Below, one piece after another: positions 52,796 through 62,959 of a stretch of DNA of 64,000 bases. Source of the DNA: an uncultured Candidatus Binatia bacterium. Its GTDB lineage: Bacteria; Desulfobacterota; Binatia; UBA9968; CAXXLF01. The notes below the pieces were generated by a model, which was not told where the DNA came from, searched no databases, and was given only the letters and a program-made list of their open reading frames with translations. Made by a program: the position numbers and the translations under genes. Location: positions 4,224,001 through 4,288,000 of the forward strand of contig OZ244621.1 of NCBI GenBank assembly GCA_965218425.1, in the 5' to 3' direction. Position 1 is the first letter of the stretch. Each line of letters opens with the position of its first letter.

Positions 52796-54025
52796 CTATG
52801 GCTTGCGTTGCAACGCTTGCCATTTTTTGGTCAGCTCTCTCGTGAAAACCAGCGCCTCCGCCCTGGCCGCCATGAATTTCGGGTCACTCTGCGGGTAGAT
52901 GTACTCTACCCCTTCCTGGAACCGGGCCTCCGGTCGCAGCATGTCGTTCGGAATGTCGACCCGGAAAGACTGGCGCTGCCTGTACCCATGGTGTATCGCG
53001 AGCTGGCCCTCACGGGACAGCCACCAGTTGATGAACACCTTTCGGGCATTTGGGTTCGGCGGGTTGGCGACGAGCATAACCATGCTCGCGCTGCCCCCGC
53101 CGGCCAGAACGTTCCCCTCCTTCATGGGGAACCTGTAGTCCATGATCTCGATTGGCGCCCCTGCTTCTTTGATCTCGTACATGTCGTCGGTGGCGCCGAC
53201 GAATATGGCGATGGCCTTCTTCCCGGTAATGACCCAGTCCTTAGCGGTTCTTGTGTCATCGATTATGGCAATCCCGGTTTCCAGGAAAAGCCTCTCGATC
53301 CACTTGGGTCCAAGCTTTGGATTCCCGTAGTACTCGGCGACGCTCCCTGCCTGGCCCTCTCTACCGAGATAGCCGCTGACGATCTTTCCGCGGTACTTGG
53401 GGTCCAGAAGGTCCCACAGGGAGGTGATCTCCTTTGGGTTCACCAGCTTCGTGTTCACCAGCAGCCCTGCGCCGCGAGGGCTTGCCGAGTGGAGGAAAAC
53501 GTACTTGCGCGCTTGGTCACCGTAGTGGTGCCTGCCGTTCCACCACAGGGATTGATCCTTGACCTCGGGCAAGATGAAATTCTCCGCCACCGGGTCCAGC
53601 GCTCCCTCCCTTATAAGAACCTCCCCGTTCGTTACCCCGCCCATGAAAACATCGACACTGTGCACGCCGGCGCGCTTCTCGGCGAGAATGCGGTTGGCCT
53701 CCTGCCCGCCCCGTGTGGCGCTGAGAGTGGGCTTGATGCCGTACTTCTTCCCGAATACGGGAAAAAGCGGGCGGAAAGAGCGCCTGATTTCTCCGCCGCC
53801 GGCTATAGAGATTTTGCCCTCGGCTTTCGCTGCTTTGAGAGTCTCCTCCCACTGAACCTTCCAATCCGCCTTCCCCGACGCCGGCAGCATCAAGAGGGCA
53901 ACGATGCCCCCGGCCAGCCAGATGCGCCGTCCTCCTCCCACGGGCCTTGTACCGATGGTCGCCGCGATCTTTCTGTGAGTTCCCATTTTTGTACCCTCCA
54001 TTTCCATATCGACAATGGCCGACAA
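52796..54025 (-). CDS. ABC transporter solute-binding protein (start possibly about 36 nt downstream, at MGTHRK)
   Basis: Signal peptide, WEETLKAAKAEG and PNPNARKVFINWWLSREGQ. Confidence 0.85.
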   Translation of the reverse strand: MSAIVDMEMEGTKMGTHRKIAATIGTRPVGGGRRIWLAGGIVALLMLPASGKADWKVQWEETLKAAKAEGKISIAGGGEIRRSFRPLFPVFGKKYGIKPTLSATRGGQEANRILAEKRAGVHSVDVFMGGVTNGEVLIREGALDPVAENFILPEVKDQSLWWNGRHHYGDQARKYVFLHSASPRGAGLLVNTKLVNPKEITSLWDLLDPKYRGKIVSGYLGREGQAGSVAEYYGNPKLGPKWIERLFLETGIAIIDDTRTAKDWVITGKKAIAIFVGATDDMYEIKEAGAPIEIMDYRFPMKEGNVLAGGGSASMVMLVANPPNPNARKVFINWWLSREGQLAIHHGYRQRQSFRVDIPNDMLRPEARFQEGVEYIYPQSDPKFMAARAEALVFTRELTKKWQALQRKP

Positions 54026-54079
54026 ATATCAAATCCCGCCATAGGCGTCAATTTAAGTTATAAGGGTTAAAAGACCGAC

Positions 54080-54195
54080 TGGTTTTAAGGACACATTACG
54101 GGTGTGAAAAATATGAAGGGACGTTGATTCATGAATGAGAGAACCGGCGGAATCAAATCGCAAGATCGGTTCCGCCTGATGGACGTCTACCAACA
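54080..54195. repeat. Intergenic element of about 115 bp, copy 2
   Basis: Collinear homologue of 50809-50925. Confidence 0.75.
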
Positions 54196-54226
54196 AACTT
54201 AGACTTTACCCCTGCCTCTATTTCTG

Positions 54227-55355
54227 TTATTTACTCTTTCCCCTTGTCTTCCCAACTATGGTGCGGGTCAACTTAAATATAGGAGTCATATCCTGCCACG
54301 CTGGCTGGTGAGTTTCCACATAGACTGCCCCCGGAATGAGTCTTCTGTGGGGAGAAACATGATCTTTCGGAATATCCAGTCTACGGGAATTCGGATGATC
54401 TCCACGCCTCCCTATTCTCTGAAGGGTCATTTGACCCTTGCGGGATAGGTACCAATTGACGAAGACCTTAGCAGCGTTTGGATGGGGAGCCCGGTCCAAA
54501 TAACTTAGTCCGCCGGCTCCAGGATTCGTACTCCCACCTTCCTTCCAATTCTCTCTGATAAAGAGGTCCACGGGAAGCCCCTGGGATTTTGCTGTGTAAC
54601 TCCTGCATGTGGAGCAAATCGCAAACTTGCCTGCAGCTAACCAGTCAGTCATTTGGCGTCGATCACTACTGTAGGAGATCTCCATGGTTCCGTAAAATTG
54701 TTTGATGAAATCAGGTCCCAATTGAGGATGGTAGTATAGGAACTTTAGCCAGCCCCCAAGGCTGACGCTTGTGGGCGGTAAGGAAACGATCTTTCCTATC
54801 CACTTGGGATTGAGCAGATCCCAATGTGATCTAAATTCTTTCGGATTGACGAAATCAACATGATATGATTCCCAGCGATCAGCATTTGCGATATAAGGAA
54901 ATATATATTTCCCTTCAGGATCCGCAAAATGAGTCTTCCCAAACCATTTTGATCGGTCCACAACTTCTGCAAGTAAGAACAAGTCACTGATTGGGGCAAG
55001 AGATTGGCTCTTGTAAAGGAAAGAGTACTGGCTACTAACACCGCCATTGTACAAGTCCACAATATATTTCCCTGCTCTTCGCTCCGCCATGATACGGCTA
55101 GCCACTCCACTGCTACGTCCGCGGACGACCAAAACCTTGATATCAGGATAAGTTTTTTGAAATTCCACAAATACTCTCTCATATCCGCTAATATATTATG
55201 GTAACCTGCCCTTCTTTCCTCGCGGCTTCGACAGTTCGTTCCCATTCTGCCTTCCAATCCGCTTGACTAGGCCAGCTAAAAGAAAGATCCAGACTCAAGA
55301 ACAATGCTAGAAACGAGCAAATTAACCGAATCAGATGCGCGTGAGTGAAATGCAT
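54227..55355 (-). pseudogene. ABC solute-binding protein, +1 frameshift near 55197
   Basis: MHFTHAH...WERTVEAARKEGQVTI joins YISGYERVFVEFQK if one A is removed. RAPHPNAAKVFVNWYLSRKGQ present. Confidence 0.75.
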
Positions 55356-55426
55356 ATTTCACCTCTATTATTCAGTGCGTCTCTCTAATCTTTACCCAAA
55401 ATCCAAAAAAAAGCACCGGGCCCCTA

Positions 55427-56516
55427 TTGATCCTCGTATAATATAATGACATCAGAAAAGGCTGGACTGTTTCCAGAAGGCGGTAACGAGACGAGGCCTG
55501 CGGCGCATTCGGCAAAGGGCGCGACGAGCATGGTGGCTGAGTTGAGCGAAGTCCTTGGCACAGAAGTTGGGCAGTTCATGATGCTTCCAGTATCCCCAGA
55601 GGTATTCGACGGGATTCAGTTCCGGTGCATAGGCCGGCAACCGTTCCAGCACCAACGCGCCTTCGGTAGCGGCAACAAAGTCCCGAACCAACCGGCTCTG
55701 GTGGCTGGGCAGTCCGTCCCACACTACCAGCAGCGGCCCGGAAACATGACGCATCAAGTGCTTCAGGAATTCGATGATCTGGGGGCTCTTGATGGCTCCC
55801 GGATACACTCGAAAGTACAAGCGCCACCAGGTGACTCCGGCGATGGCCGACAGACTCTTCCAGTTGAAGTGATATTGCAGCACTGGCGTCTGTCCTCGGG
55901 GCGACCACGTACGATACCGATTCGGCCGCTCGCTCAGCCCGCTTTCGTCCACGAACACTATGGTTCGCCCCTCGTTTCGGGCTTTTTTTTAATCTCCGGC
56001 CAGCGCTTCTTCTTCCACTGCCGGATCGCCTCTTCATCTCGTTCCAAGGCACGTCCCGTCGGCCGCTGGCAACTCCACCCCAACTGCCGCAATATCCGCC
56101 AAACATAGCCCGGATGGTATGTGACTCCGCAGGCTTCCCCAATCAAGTGGGCCACTCGCCTTGCGGTCCACAGGCTCGTGTCGTACCCCAGCGCTTCGGG
56201 TCCCCGTTTCAAACCGCCCTCGATCTTCTTCAGATCCGCCGGGCTCAGTCGCGGCTTGCGTCCGGCACGCCCCGCCTGCTTGAGCCCGGCTCTGCCGCTC
56301 TCGGCCAACTGCCGCGCCCATCGATTCACCGACTGGCGGTGCACTCCCACCCAACGCGCCACCTCCGCCTCCGACAGCCCTCGCTTCAACAGCCTCCCCG
56401 CCTCCATCCGCCGCCGCTCCAATGCTTCAAAGTCCCGTCGCACTCCAAGTGGGTTTCCCATACCACCACTATACATTAAGTTCTTATCCAATGTCATTAT
56501 ATTATGCGGCTCTCAA
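55427..56516 (-). mobile_element. IS630-family insertion sequence (1090 bp)
   Basis: IRs TTGATCCTCGTATAATATAATGACAT / TTGAGAGCCGCATAATATAATGACAT, flanked by TA on both sides. Confidence 0.93.
55452..56461 (-). CDS. IS630 transposase, two ORFs joined by a -1 frameshift at A8G (55982-55990)
   Basis: HTH ORF ends WPEIKKK; the -1 frame continues ARNEGRTIVFVDESG...VWDGLPSH...YAPELNPVE. Confidence 0.88.
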
Positions 56517-56569
56517 TAGATGTCAACATCATCGAGAAGAAAAACAAGGGCTCTGATGCATAGAGCTAC

Positions 56570-58192
56570 TTACTTCGATTTTGTGCCGGTATTTTCACGC
56601 TCCTGAGCAAACTTTTTCCCTGTTTCATAATACCGGCTTTCGACTGCTATACGGGCCTCTTGTTCCCGCTCTTTTGGCCAAAAACCCAGGTTCTCACCGT
56701 ACCAGGGTGTCTTGAGATGCAACGGAGGCAGACCTAGTTCATCCCAAATTTTCAATGCATGCTCCATGTACTCACGTTTCGGTAAAGAGGTTGGAGCATA
56801 GGGCCATTTTCGAGTTGCATCTATCATCATGCATGATGCCCGGGGATCCTCCCTTCTCATCTTTTCGCTCCTTCGCTTTTCCTCTGGGGCTGCAATTGAC
56901 GGATCTAGAGACATCTCATACATTGGCATCATACGAACATCACGCTTGGGTTGAAATCGAAAGGCAAGGGCCCAATTAACCGAGTCAGCATCCCGCGCAT
57001 CAATATCGTCGTCAACCACAACGATCATCTTCGAATACAATCTCGGAGGAAATACATCAAATATGCGCCCAACCTGGCCGGGCTTAGGGTCTTTAACCTG
57101 AACCACATCTAAGCCCCAGCTTCCGGTTGATTCATGCAGCGCAATTTGAAGGACATTGTCCATACCATGGTCTTCACGAAGAACTTTTATGATCATATTT
57201 TCCCGGGCAACTCCCCGCAGTATACTGCTCTCGCTGGGAGGGAACTGGCTGACGAAAGCTTGAAAGACTGGATTGTTGCGGTGGGTAATTGCAGTGACAT
57301 CCATAAATAGTGTGCTGTTCGTAGTTGTCATATAACCGGGAAACTCGCCAAAGGGCCCCTCCAATTCAAGCTCGTCGGTTGGAATGATTCCTTCCACGAC
57401 AATCTCGGCATGTGCTGGGACTTCCAGGTCCACAGTCTTGCATCTGACCAACTCCACAGGCTGTCCGGCAATCCCACCTGCCACATGGTACTCGTCCACA
57501 TCCCGTGGTAACTTTGCCGTGGCACAGTAAGAAAGATTCGGCGTCAATCCAATGATCAAGGCCGCCGGCATCGGCTCACCTCCATCTCGATATTTCTCCC
57601 ACTGGTACCACATGTCTTGAACCTTTCCCGCATTGCAACCCATCCGAAGAGGTGCCTTGATCTGACCCCGATAGTTGCCCAAATTGTAGCGCCCCGTTTC
57701 TGGATCGCGTGATAGCCAATAAGACGCGCTGGTATAGGGTGCGTTATCGAAACCAGGTGTGGAGATCGGCACAGGCAAGATGCCAACCCCTCCTAACCGT
57801 TCTAAATCCTTCCCAGTATAGACGTTCTCATGAACAAGACCATGGGCTACGAGCACCGGAGGTATGGGATTTTTTTGGGACGCGATCCATCGGTCGGTAA
57901 TTTGGCTCACATTATCGACCTGCATTCCTAAAGCGTAAATCTCCCGGGAAGCTGCGGTACACCCCACCACCACGGGCATATCAAAGGAACGGCCGGTCGA
58001 ATCCACCACATTTTCGAACAGAAATGCACGTCGCTCGGACTCAGGAAGACCACGGAACTGAAGACGTACGAGCGGGCCTATTTCGGTATCCTTATTGACC
58101 TGCCGCTTAACTCGGATGAGCTTTCCTCGCTGTTCCAGGATCGAAAGATAACTTTGCATGTCGGAATAATATTTAGCGGTTTTTTCACTCAT
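56570..58192 (-). CDS. UbiD-family (prFMN) decarboxylase
   Basis: AFLFENV, NLGNYR, EGPFGE and VVVDDDIDARD motifs. Confidence 0.9.
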   Translation of the reverse strand: MSEKTAKYYSDMQSYLSILEQRGKLIRVKRQVNKDTEIGPLVRLQFRGLPESERRAFLFENVVDSTGRSFDMPVVVGCTAASREIYALGMQVDNVSQITDRWIASQKNPIPPVLVAHGLVHENVYTGKDLERLGGVGILPVPISTPGFDNAPYTSASYWLSRDPETGRYNLGNYRGQIKAPLRMGCNAGKVQDMWYQWEKYRDGGEPMPAALIIGLTPNLSYCATAKLPRDVDEYHVAGGIAGQPVELVRCKTVDLEVPAHAEIVVEGIIPTDELELEGPFGEFPGYMTTTNSTLFMDVTAITHRNNPVFQAFVSQFPPSESSILRGVARENMIIKVLREDHGMDNVLQIALHESTGSWGLDVVQVKDPKPGQVGRIFDVFPPRLYSKMIVVVDDDIDARDADSVNWALAFRFQPKRDVRMMPMYEMSLDPSIAAPEEKRRSEKMRREDPRASCMMIDATRKWPYAPTSLPKREYMEHALKIWDELGLPPLHLKTPWYGENLGFWPKEREQEARIAVESRYYETGKKFAQERENTGTKSK

Positions 58193-58587
58193 GCTTTTTT
58201 CCTCTTACCTATCAGGGGTTATCCGTAGATGCTTGAGTTGGTTTTATATACTGCTGGTTCAATCGCTATTCACACTCTATTTTACTCAAGGATTCTTGTT
58301 CCGATAGAGGCGTGTTCCTCTACCTGAAAGCCATATCGGGCCTATAGCAAACCTTCGTAATACGTGTCAATAAGGTTTCCAAAGGGTTTATGCCTGATTT
58401 AGCGTTATCCATTCCCCTGGAGGTATTCATGTCAAACCATCGGTTCAAAACCGCACATTTTGTTGAAGGGCTGCAATGGCTTGACTTTGTGAGTCCGCAG
58501 AAATAATTAGGTTATGAATTCTCGCTTGCTCGGTCCGGCCCATTGGATCTTTGAAGTACGAGGATGCACTTTGCATAAGGAGGCAAC

Positions 58588-59748
58588 GTGAAAAAACTCA
58601 ATCTCGCAATCAAAACGACATCGCTTATTTTCATCCTTTCCTGTCTGGGCCTGGCACAGGAAAGGCTCTCTGTTTCTGCTCAAGAAAAACCCTCCTGGCA
58701 GATTAAATGGCGTAAAACGGTTGAGGCCGCAAAAAAAGAAGGGCAGGTGACGATTTACGCATTTGGGGGTGCCACAATGCTCCCCATTGAGGCGGGTGTA
58801 TTCCAAAAGAGGTACCCAGAGATAAAAGTCGTCACAGTGAGCGGGAGTCCAGTGCGGCGTCTCCTCACAGAACGCAGAGCCGGCAAGTTCCTTGGGGACG
58901 TCGTTGTGGGTGGTTCCTCGACACCTTGGCGATTATATCGGGCCAAAGCACTGGATTCTATTAAAGCCGCAATGATATTGCCCGAGGTCCGTGATGAATC
59001 GAAATGGTGGCAAGGCAAGCATCGCTATACAGACCCAGAGAGAGAGTATGGTTTCGTGGTTATAGGGAATCCTCAGACGGGCGGCATCTACTATAACACA
59101 AACCTTATAAACCCAAATGAGTTCGGATCATTCTGGGACTTTCTTGATCCCAAGTGGAAAGGGAAAATCGCGGCCCGGGATGTAAGGTCGCCTGGTACTG
59201 GGACTTCAAATATGAGGGTTTTCTATTACAACCCCAAATTAGGTCCTCCTTTTATTCGGCGGCTTTTTAGTGAAATGGATATCACTCTTTTCCGTAATAG
59301 GAGGCAGGCGGTGGATTGGCTTGCGAATGGCAAGTATCCTATTTGCTTTTTCTGTTCCCGATCGACCATAGGTAGAGCTCAGCTGCAGGGGCTCCCAGTA
59401 GGTGCTTTTGGAGAAATGAAAGAAGGAGTTGGCCTCACGTCAAGTAGCGGCAATATTGGTTTAATGAATAAAGCACCTCATCCGAATGCAGCTAAGGTAT
59501 ATATTAACTGGTTCCTATCCCGCGAGGGACAACTCACATTGCAAAGAGAATATTCGAAAGCTCTAGTGAGCTCTTCAAATTCTCTGCGTATTGATATTCC
59601 AAAGGACATGATTCCACCGGCGCAGCGGCTTAGGGATGACGTTACGTATATTGAGGCGGACACCCCCGAACGGATGTTCATGAAACCCATTCTCAAAGTT
59701 TTTGTCGAGGCGCTGGCCGAGGCGAAATCACGGAAGAAGCATCGCTAA
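58588..59748 (+). CDS. ABC transporter solute-binding protein
   Basis: Signal peptide and KAPHPNAAKVYINWFLSREGQ. GTG start follows AAGGAGG. Confidence 0.87.
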   Translation: MKKLNLAIKTTSLIFILSCLGLAQERLSVSAQEKPSWQIKWRKTVEAAKKEGQVTIYAFGGATMLPIEAGVFQKRYPEIKVVTVSGSPVRRLLTERRAGKFLGDVVVGGSSTPWRLYRAKALDSIKAAMILPEVRDESKWWQGKHRYTDPEREYGFVVIGNPQTGGIYYNTNLINPNEFGSFWDFLDPKWKGKIAARDVRSPGTGTSNMRVFYYNPKLGPPFIRRLFSEMDITLFRNRRQAVDWLANGKYPICFFCSRSTIGRAQLQGLPVGAFGEMKEGVGLTSSSGNIGLMNKAPHPNAAKVYINWFLSREGQLTLQREYSKALVSSSNSLRIDIPKDMIPPAQRLRDDVTYIEADTPERMFMKPILKVFVEALAEAKSRKKHR

Positions 59749-59791
59749 ATATCCTGGATCCAAAATGCGAGTTCGACCGGGATCGCAGCTC

Positions 59792-60808
59792 TCAATTGGC
59801 CTCCTCTTCACGATAGACACCTAAGGCTTCCATCACGGGTCTATCGTTCATGACAAAGAGGACCGCAGATTCACGTGAACGGCTGCCATGATGATGCCAT
59901 CGCCATAGTGGGACTACAAAAGTGTCTCCGGTCTCCCAATCATAACGAGTATCGCCAATGACCGTAAACCCCTTGCCCTCAAAGACATGATAGATCGCTG
60001 TACTCGTGTGGCGATGTGACCTAGTCTGTTCGCGCGGTCGTAACATTTGCATCTCGCACGAAAGCGTCGGAAGAGTGGGTCCACCGGTCAACGGATTTAC
60101 AAATCGTAGTAATATGCCTTCGAATGGGTCACCAGGTCTTTCACCCAAAACCCGCAAGGCGCTTTCAGTCTCTTTCCAAGGGTAACGATACGGGGGGGGC
60201 TGTATCGACTTCGAAGAGACCCAGTTTGCACGTACGGGACCTAATTCATAAGCAGAATGGTCCACGGGTTTTGTTAGGGTTTGTTGTTTTTCTTTGTATG
60301 GCTCACTGAATCCGACTTGCAGCAACCAGATCAAGGGACCATCGGCTCCATCCATCCACATAATGGGCTCCGAAGATCCGTTAAAGTGGTCGTGCCAGGT
60401 CAGGCCGGGCGTGGTAATGAAGTCGCCTCTCTCCATAGGAAACGGTTCCCCCTCAACTGTCGTCCGTGCGCCACCCCCTTTGAGCACAAATCGAATCGCA
60501 CCCATGGTGTGTCTGTGGGCCCGGGCAACTTCACCCGGGTTCACAATTTGAGCGCTGATCAGAAGGGTATGTGCGGCACCGTGCTTTAAAGTAGGGTTGC
60601 AAAAACTGATGGTTCTTCGCAAAGCATTTCCCTTGTCTACGACTTCTGCGGCCTCCACCAAGGCTTCATGTACATCCGTCCACCTCCACAAATAAGGTTC
60701 AAACGAGGAGCGGGGCTCTCTGGGAACATCCCTGGGAGTAGTATCGGTCCAGAATCCAACAAGGTTCTTCTTGGCTATTTTACGGTTAAAATCCTCTAAC
60801 CTGCTCAT
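59792..60808 (-). CDS. Gentisate 1,2-dioxygenase-like bicupin
   Basis: PGEVARAHRHT, TWHDH, WMDGAD, NPLTGGPTLPT and SHRHT motifs. Confidence 0.87.
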   Translation of the reverse strand: MSRLEDFNRKIAKKNLVGFWTDTTPRDVPREPRSSFEPYLWRWTDVHEALVEAAEVVDKGNALRRTISFCNPTLKHGAAHTLLISAQIVNPGEVARAHRHTMGAIRFVLKGGGARTTVEGEPFPMERGDFITTPGLTWHDHFNGSSEPIMWMDGADGPLIWLLQVGFSEPYKEKQQTLTKPVDHSAYELGPVRANWVSSKSIQPPPYRYPWKETESALRVLGERPGDPFEGILLRFVNPLTGGPTLPTLSCEMQMLRPREQTRSHRHTSTAIYHVFEGKGFTVIGDTRYDWETGDTFVVPLWRWHHHGSRSRESAVLFVMNDRPVMEALGVYREEEAN

Positions 60809-61097
60809 GATATCCTCCTATGAGCAAGGCCGCGTGAAACGCATACAATTTCGGCCTAATCGTTACTTTTAAGTTAGATTCTTAATTGGCTTGCGGAGCG
60901 GTGTCAACCATTCGCATCCGAAACGGACAAGCCACTACTGTCGAGGTTCAGCGACAATGTGTTCCTGATGATAATTGATTCAATGCCAACTCTATTTCCA
61001 GCGGTTTGACAAGGGGCGGACAGGGTGATATTGGCCAGCTTGAGCCACCTAAACTAATTCCGTTTCGTTTTGAAGAACAAAAGTGACAGTAATAAAA

Positions 61098-61292
61098 AAG
61101 TGCTATCGCTTCTGGTTTGAGAGTTTGACCAAGCAATATGGATTGATGGAGGTGGAGGCTCATTATTTCCGGCTGCATGTCAGGAGGTCGGGGACATGAC
61201 AACCCGGTCAAGCCTACTTCAACTTTCTGAATGCTATTAATTACAGCCACCATCCTTCAAAGAGACTAAGCGACGTGGAGCAAAGTCGACGT
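61098..61292 (+). pseudogene. Decayed remnant of a paralogue of 61381-62199
   Basis: WFESLTKQYGLMEVEAHYFRLH and YFNFLNAINYSHHPSKRLSDVEQSRR match WFKSLVKHYGLTEDEAFYFHLH and YLSFLDMVYYTYHPTKRLSDVEQFRR. Confidence 0.75.
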
Positions 61293-61380
61293 CAGCTCAA
61301 TGCATTTGCTTTGACACAGCATTGGTTATCAGGTTGTTAAGTTTCATGCCTTAGCAGGAAATGCGAAAGGAGTATCAAAG

Positions 61381-62199
61381 ATGGTTTCGGACAAGGTGAA
61401 GCACAAGAAGGTAGACCGTAGGGAGTGCTGGAAAGTGGTGAACGAAGCGTTCGACGAAGCGCTTCAGATGGCTCGTGATCGTCTTTTCAGTCATCCATTT
61501 ACCCGGGAGTTACAGACCGGGACTCTGCCCATCGAGTGCATTCGCGGTTGGCTACTCAACAGCTACACTTGGGCGTTGGAGATTAACAGTTCGGCTGCCT
61601 ACAAATTCTATCTCTTCAGTGACCTGCTTAATCAAAAGGTGGATCTTTTGGCGATGCTGGCAGACAAGCGCGGGGATGAGTATGCAACTCCGGGACGCGG
61701 TGGTCACCAGCGGACCATGGATACCTTGGGCAGGGCCCTGGGCCTCGACCCCAAGGAAATGCAAGAGTATAAACAGCTTCCAGCCATGCGCGGAATGCTG
61801 GATTCCAACGTGTGGGGCAACGAAGTCAATCAGCGGCTGGGCATGAGCATCGCCGAAGAGTTGCTGGGACATTGGTGCGCCCTATGGTTTAAAAGCCTCG
61901 TAAAGCACTACGGACTAACTGAAGATGAGGCCTTCTATTTTCACCTCCACGCGGAGGCGGACAGCCTCGATGATCATGGTGCCGGGGATTCGGTTGGGCA
62001 CGAGGTGATGGGGCACGCGCAGAGCCACCGGTATTTGGCGGTGAGGATGTTGGAGGATAGAATAGTGGAAACTGCAGAGATGCGTCAATCGATACTCCGG
62101 CAGGGCAATCTGGAAGGTTATCTGAGCTTTCTCGATATGGTTTATTATACTTATCATCCAACCAAGAGGTTGAGCGATGTCGAACAGTTTAGACGTTAG
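61381..62199 (+). CDS. Heme-oxygenase-like (TenA/PqqC/CADD family) protein with candidate diiron ligands
   Basis: HPF..EL..GTL N-terminus, then DE...H, AEE and YFHLHAEAD...H in CADD-like order. Confidence 0.7.
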   Translation: MVSDKVKHKKVDRRECWKVVNEAFDEALQMARDRLFSHPFTRELQTGTLPIECIRGWLLNSYTWALEINSSAAYKFYLFSDLLNQKVDLLAMLADKRGDEYATPGRGGHQRTMDTLGRALGLDPKEMQEYKQLPAMRGMLDSNVWGNEVNQRLGMSIAEELLGHWCALWFKSLVKHYGLTEDEAFYFHLHAEADSLDDHGAGDSVGHEVMGHAQSHRYLAVRMLEDRIVETAEMRQSILRQGNLEGYLSFLDMVYYTYHPTKRLSDVEQFRR

Positions 62200-62959
62200 T
62201 CAACCACAGCGGCAAAGGCTTCCCACTGCGGAGGCCGAAGCAAAAGCTCAAGTGCTTCTGAAGCTCACTGACGATCTCGTAGGTGAGTACATCATGGACC
62301 ACCCCTTCACACACCGGCTAGCGGCAGGAGACCTCCCTTTGGAGGTGATTCAAGCGGCATGTCTGGATTGGTACACATTCCATCGGAAGCTGGCGGCCAG
62401 CTTCGCCCGGCTTTACCATCGATTTATTGTGATCTGCAGGACTTACACGGATATTGAAGAGGAGTTCCTGGAACGGATCTCCCATGAATTGACGCGGCCC
62501 ATAGCAGGGGGACGCACTTTGCTGTTGCGAGATTCTGTGAAAGCTCTGGGCATCCCTGAGGCTAGGCTGAACAACCCGCCCCAAGGGGCCGACCTTCGGG
62601 GACTCGTGGCCCTTTTTGGCCGCTTGCACTCAGAAGGGACCTTTGCTGAGGTTGTGGCTGGCCAGTTTGGCAGCGCATTTACACCCTATGCACGTCTTTG
62701 GCATAACCTTCTGAAGAATCGCCACGGGATCCCCGACCACGCCAATCAGTATTGGGAGATGAACTCGCACTTGGACCAGGACAAAACTGGCGGGGGCGTT
62801 TTGGGAACAAGGTTTGAGAATGCCTATCTATTGCGGCGCCTATTCGAGGAGGGTCTCACCGAGACTCGATATAACTGGAGTGTGGAGTATGCGGCGGAGA
62901 TGGCTATTAAAGTCTGGGCACTGTTATTGCGAGGTTATATCCGTCGCTTTAAGCTCTAG
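62177..62959 (+). CDS. Heme-oxygenase-like (TenA/PqqC family) protein lacking most metal ligands
   Basis: HPFTHRLAAGDLP...ALGI scaffold homologous to the upstream gene; overlaps it by 23 nt. Confidence 0.65.
   Translation: MSNSLDVSQPQRQRLPTAEAEAKAQVLLKLTDDLVGEYIMDHPFTHRLAAGDLPLEVIQAACLDWYTFHRKLAASFARLYHRFIVICRTYTDIEEEFLERISHELTRPIAGGRTLLLRDSVKALGIPEARLNNPPQGADLRGLVALFGRLHSEGTFAEVVAGQFGSAFTPYARLWHNLLKNRHGIPDHANQYWEMNSHLDQDKTGGGVLGTRFENAYLLRRLFEEGLTETRYNWSVEYAAEMAIKVWALLLRGYIRRFKL

Noticed and set aside
56517..56526. IS630 splitting a promoter (TTGACA just outside its right end)
   Set aside because: The reconstructed empty site gives no plausible -10 at 16-18 nt spacing.
60948..61253. 101-aa minus-strand ORF
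   Set aside because: It is antisense to the decayed HO-like remnant and has no motif or clear RBS.
61381..62959. PQQ or thiamine-salvage locus (pqqC/tenA)
   Set aside because: No pqqABDE or thi genes are in the window and the context is ring cleavage, so gene symbols are withheld.
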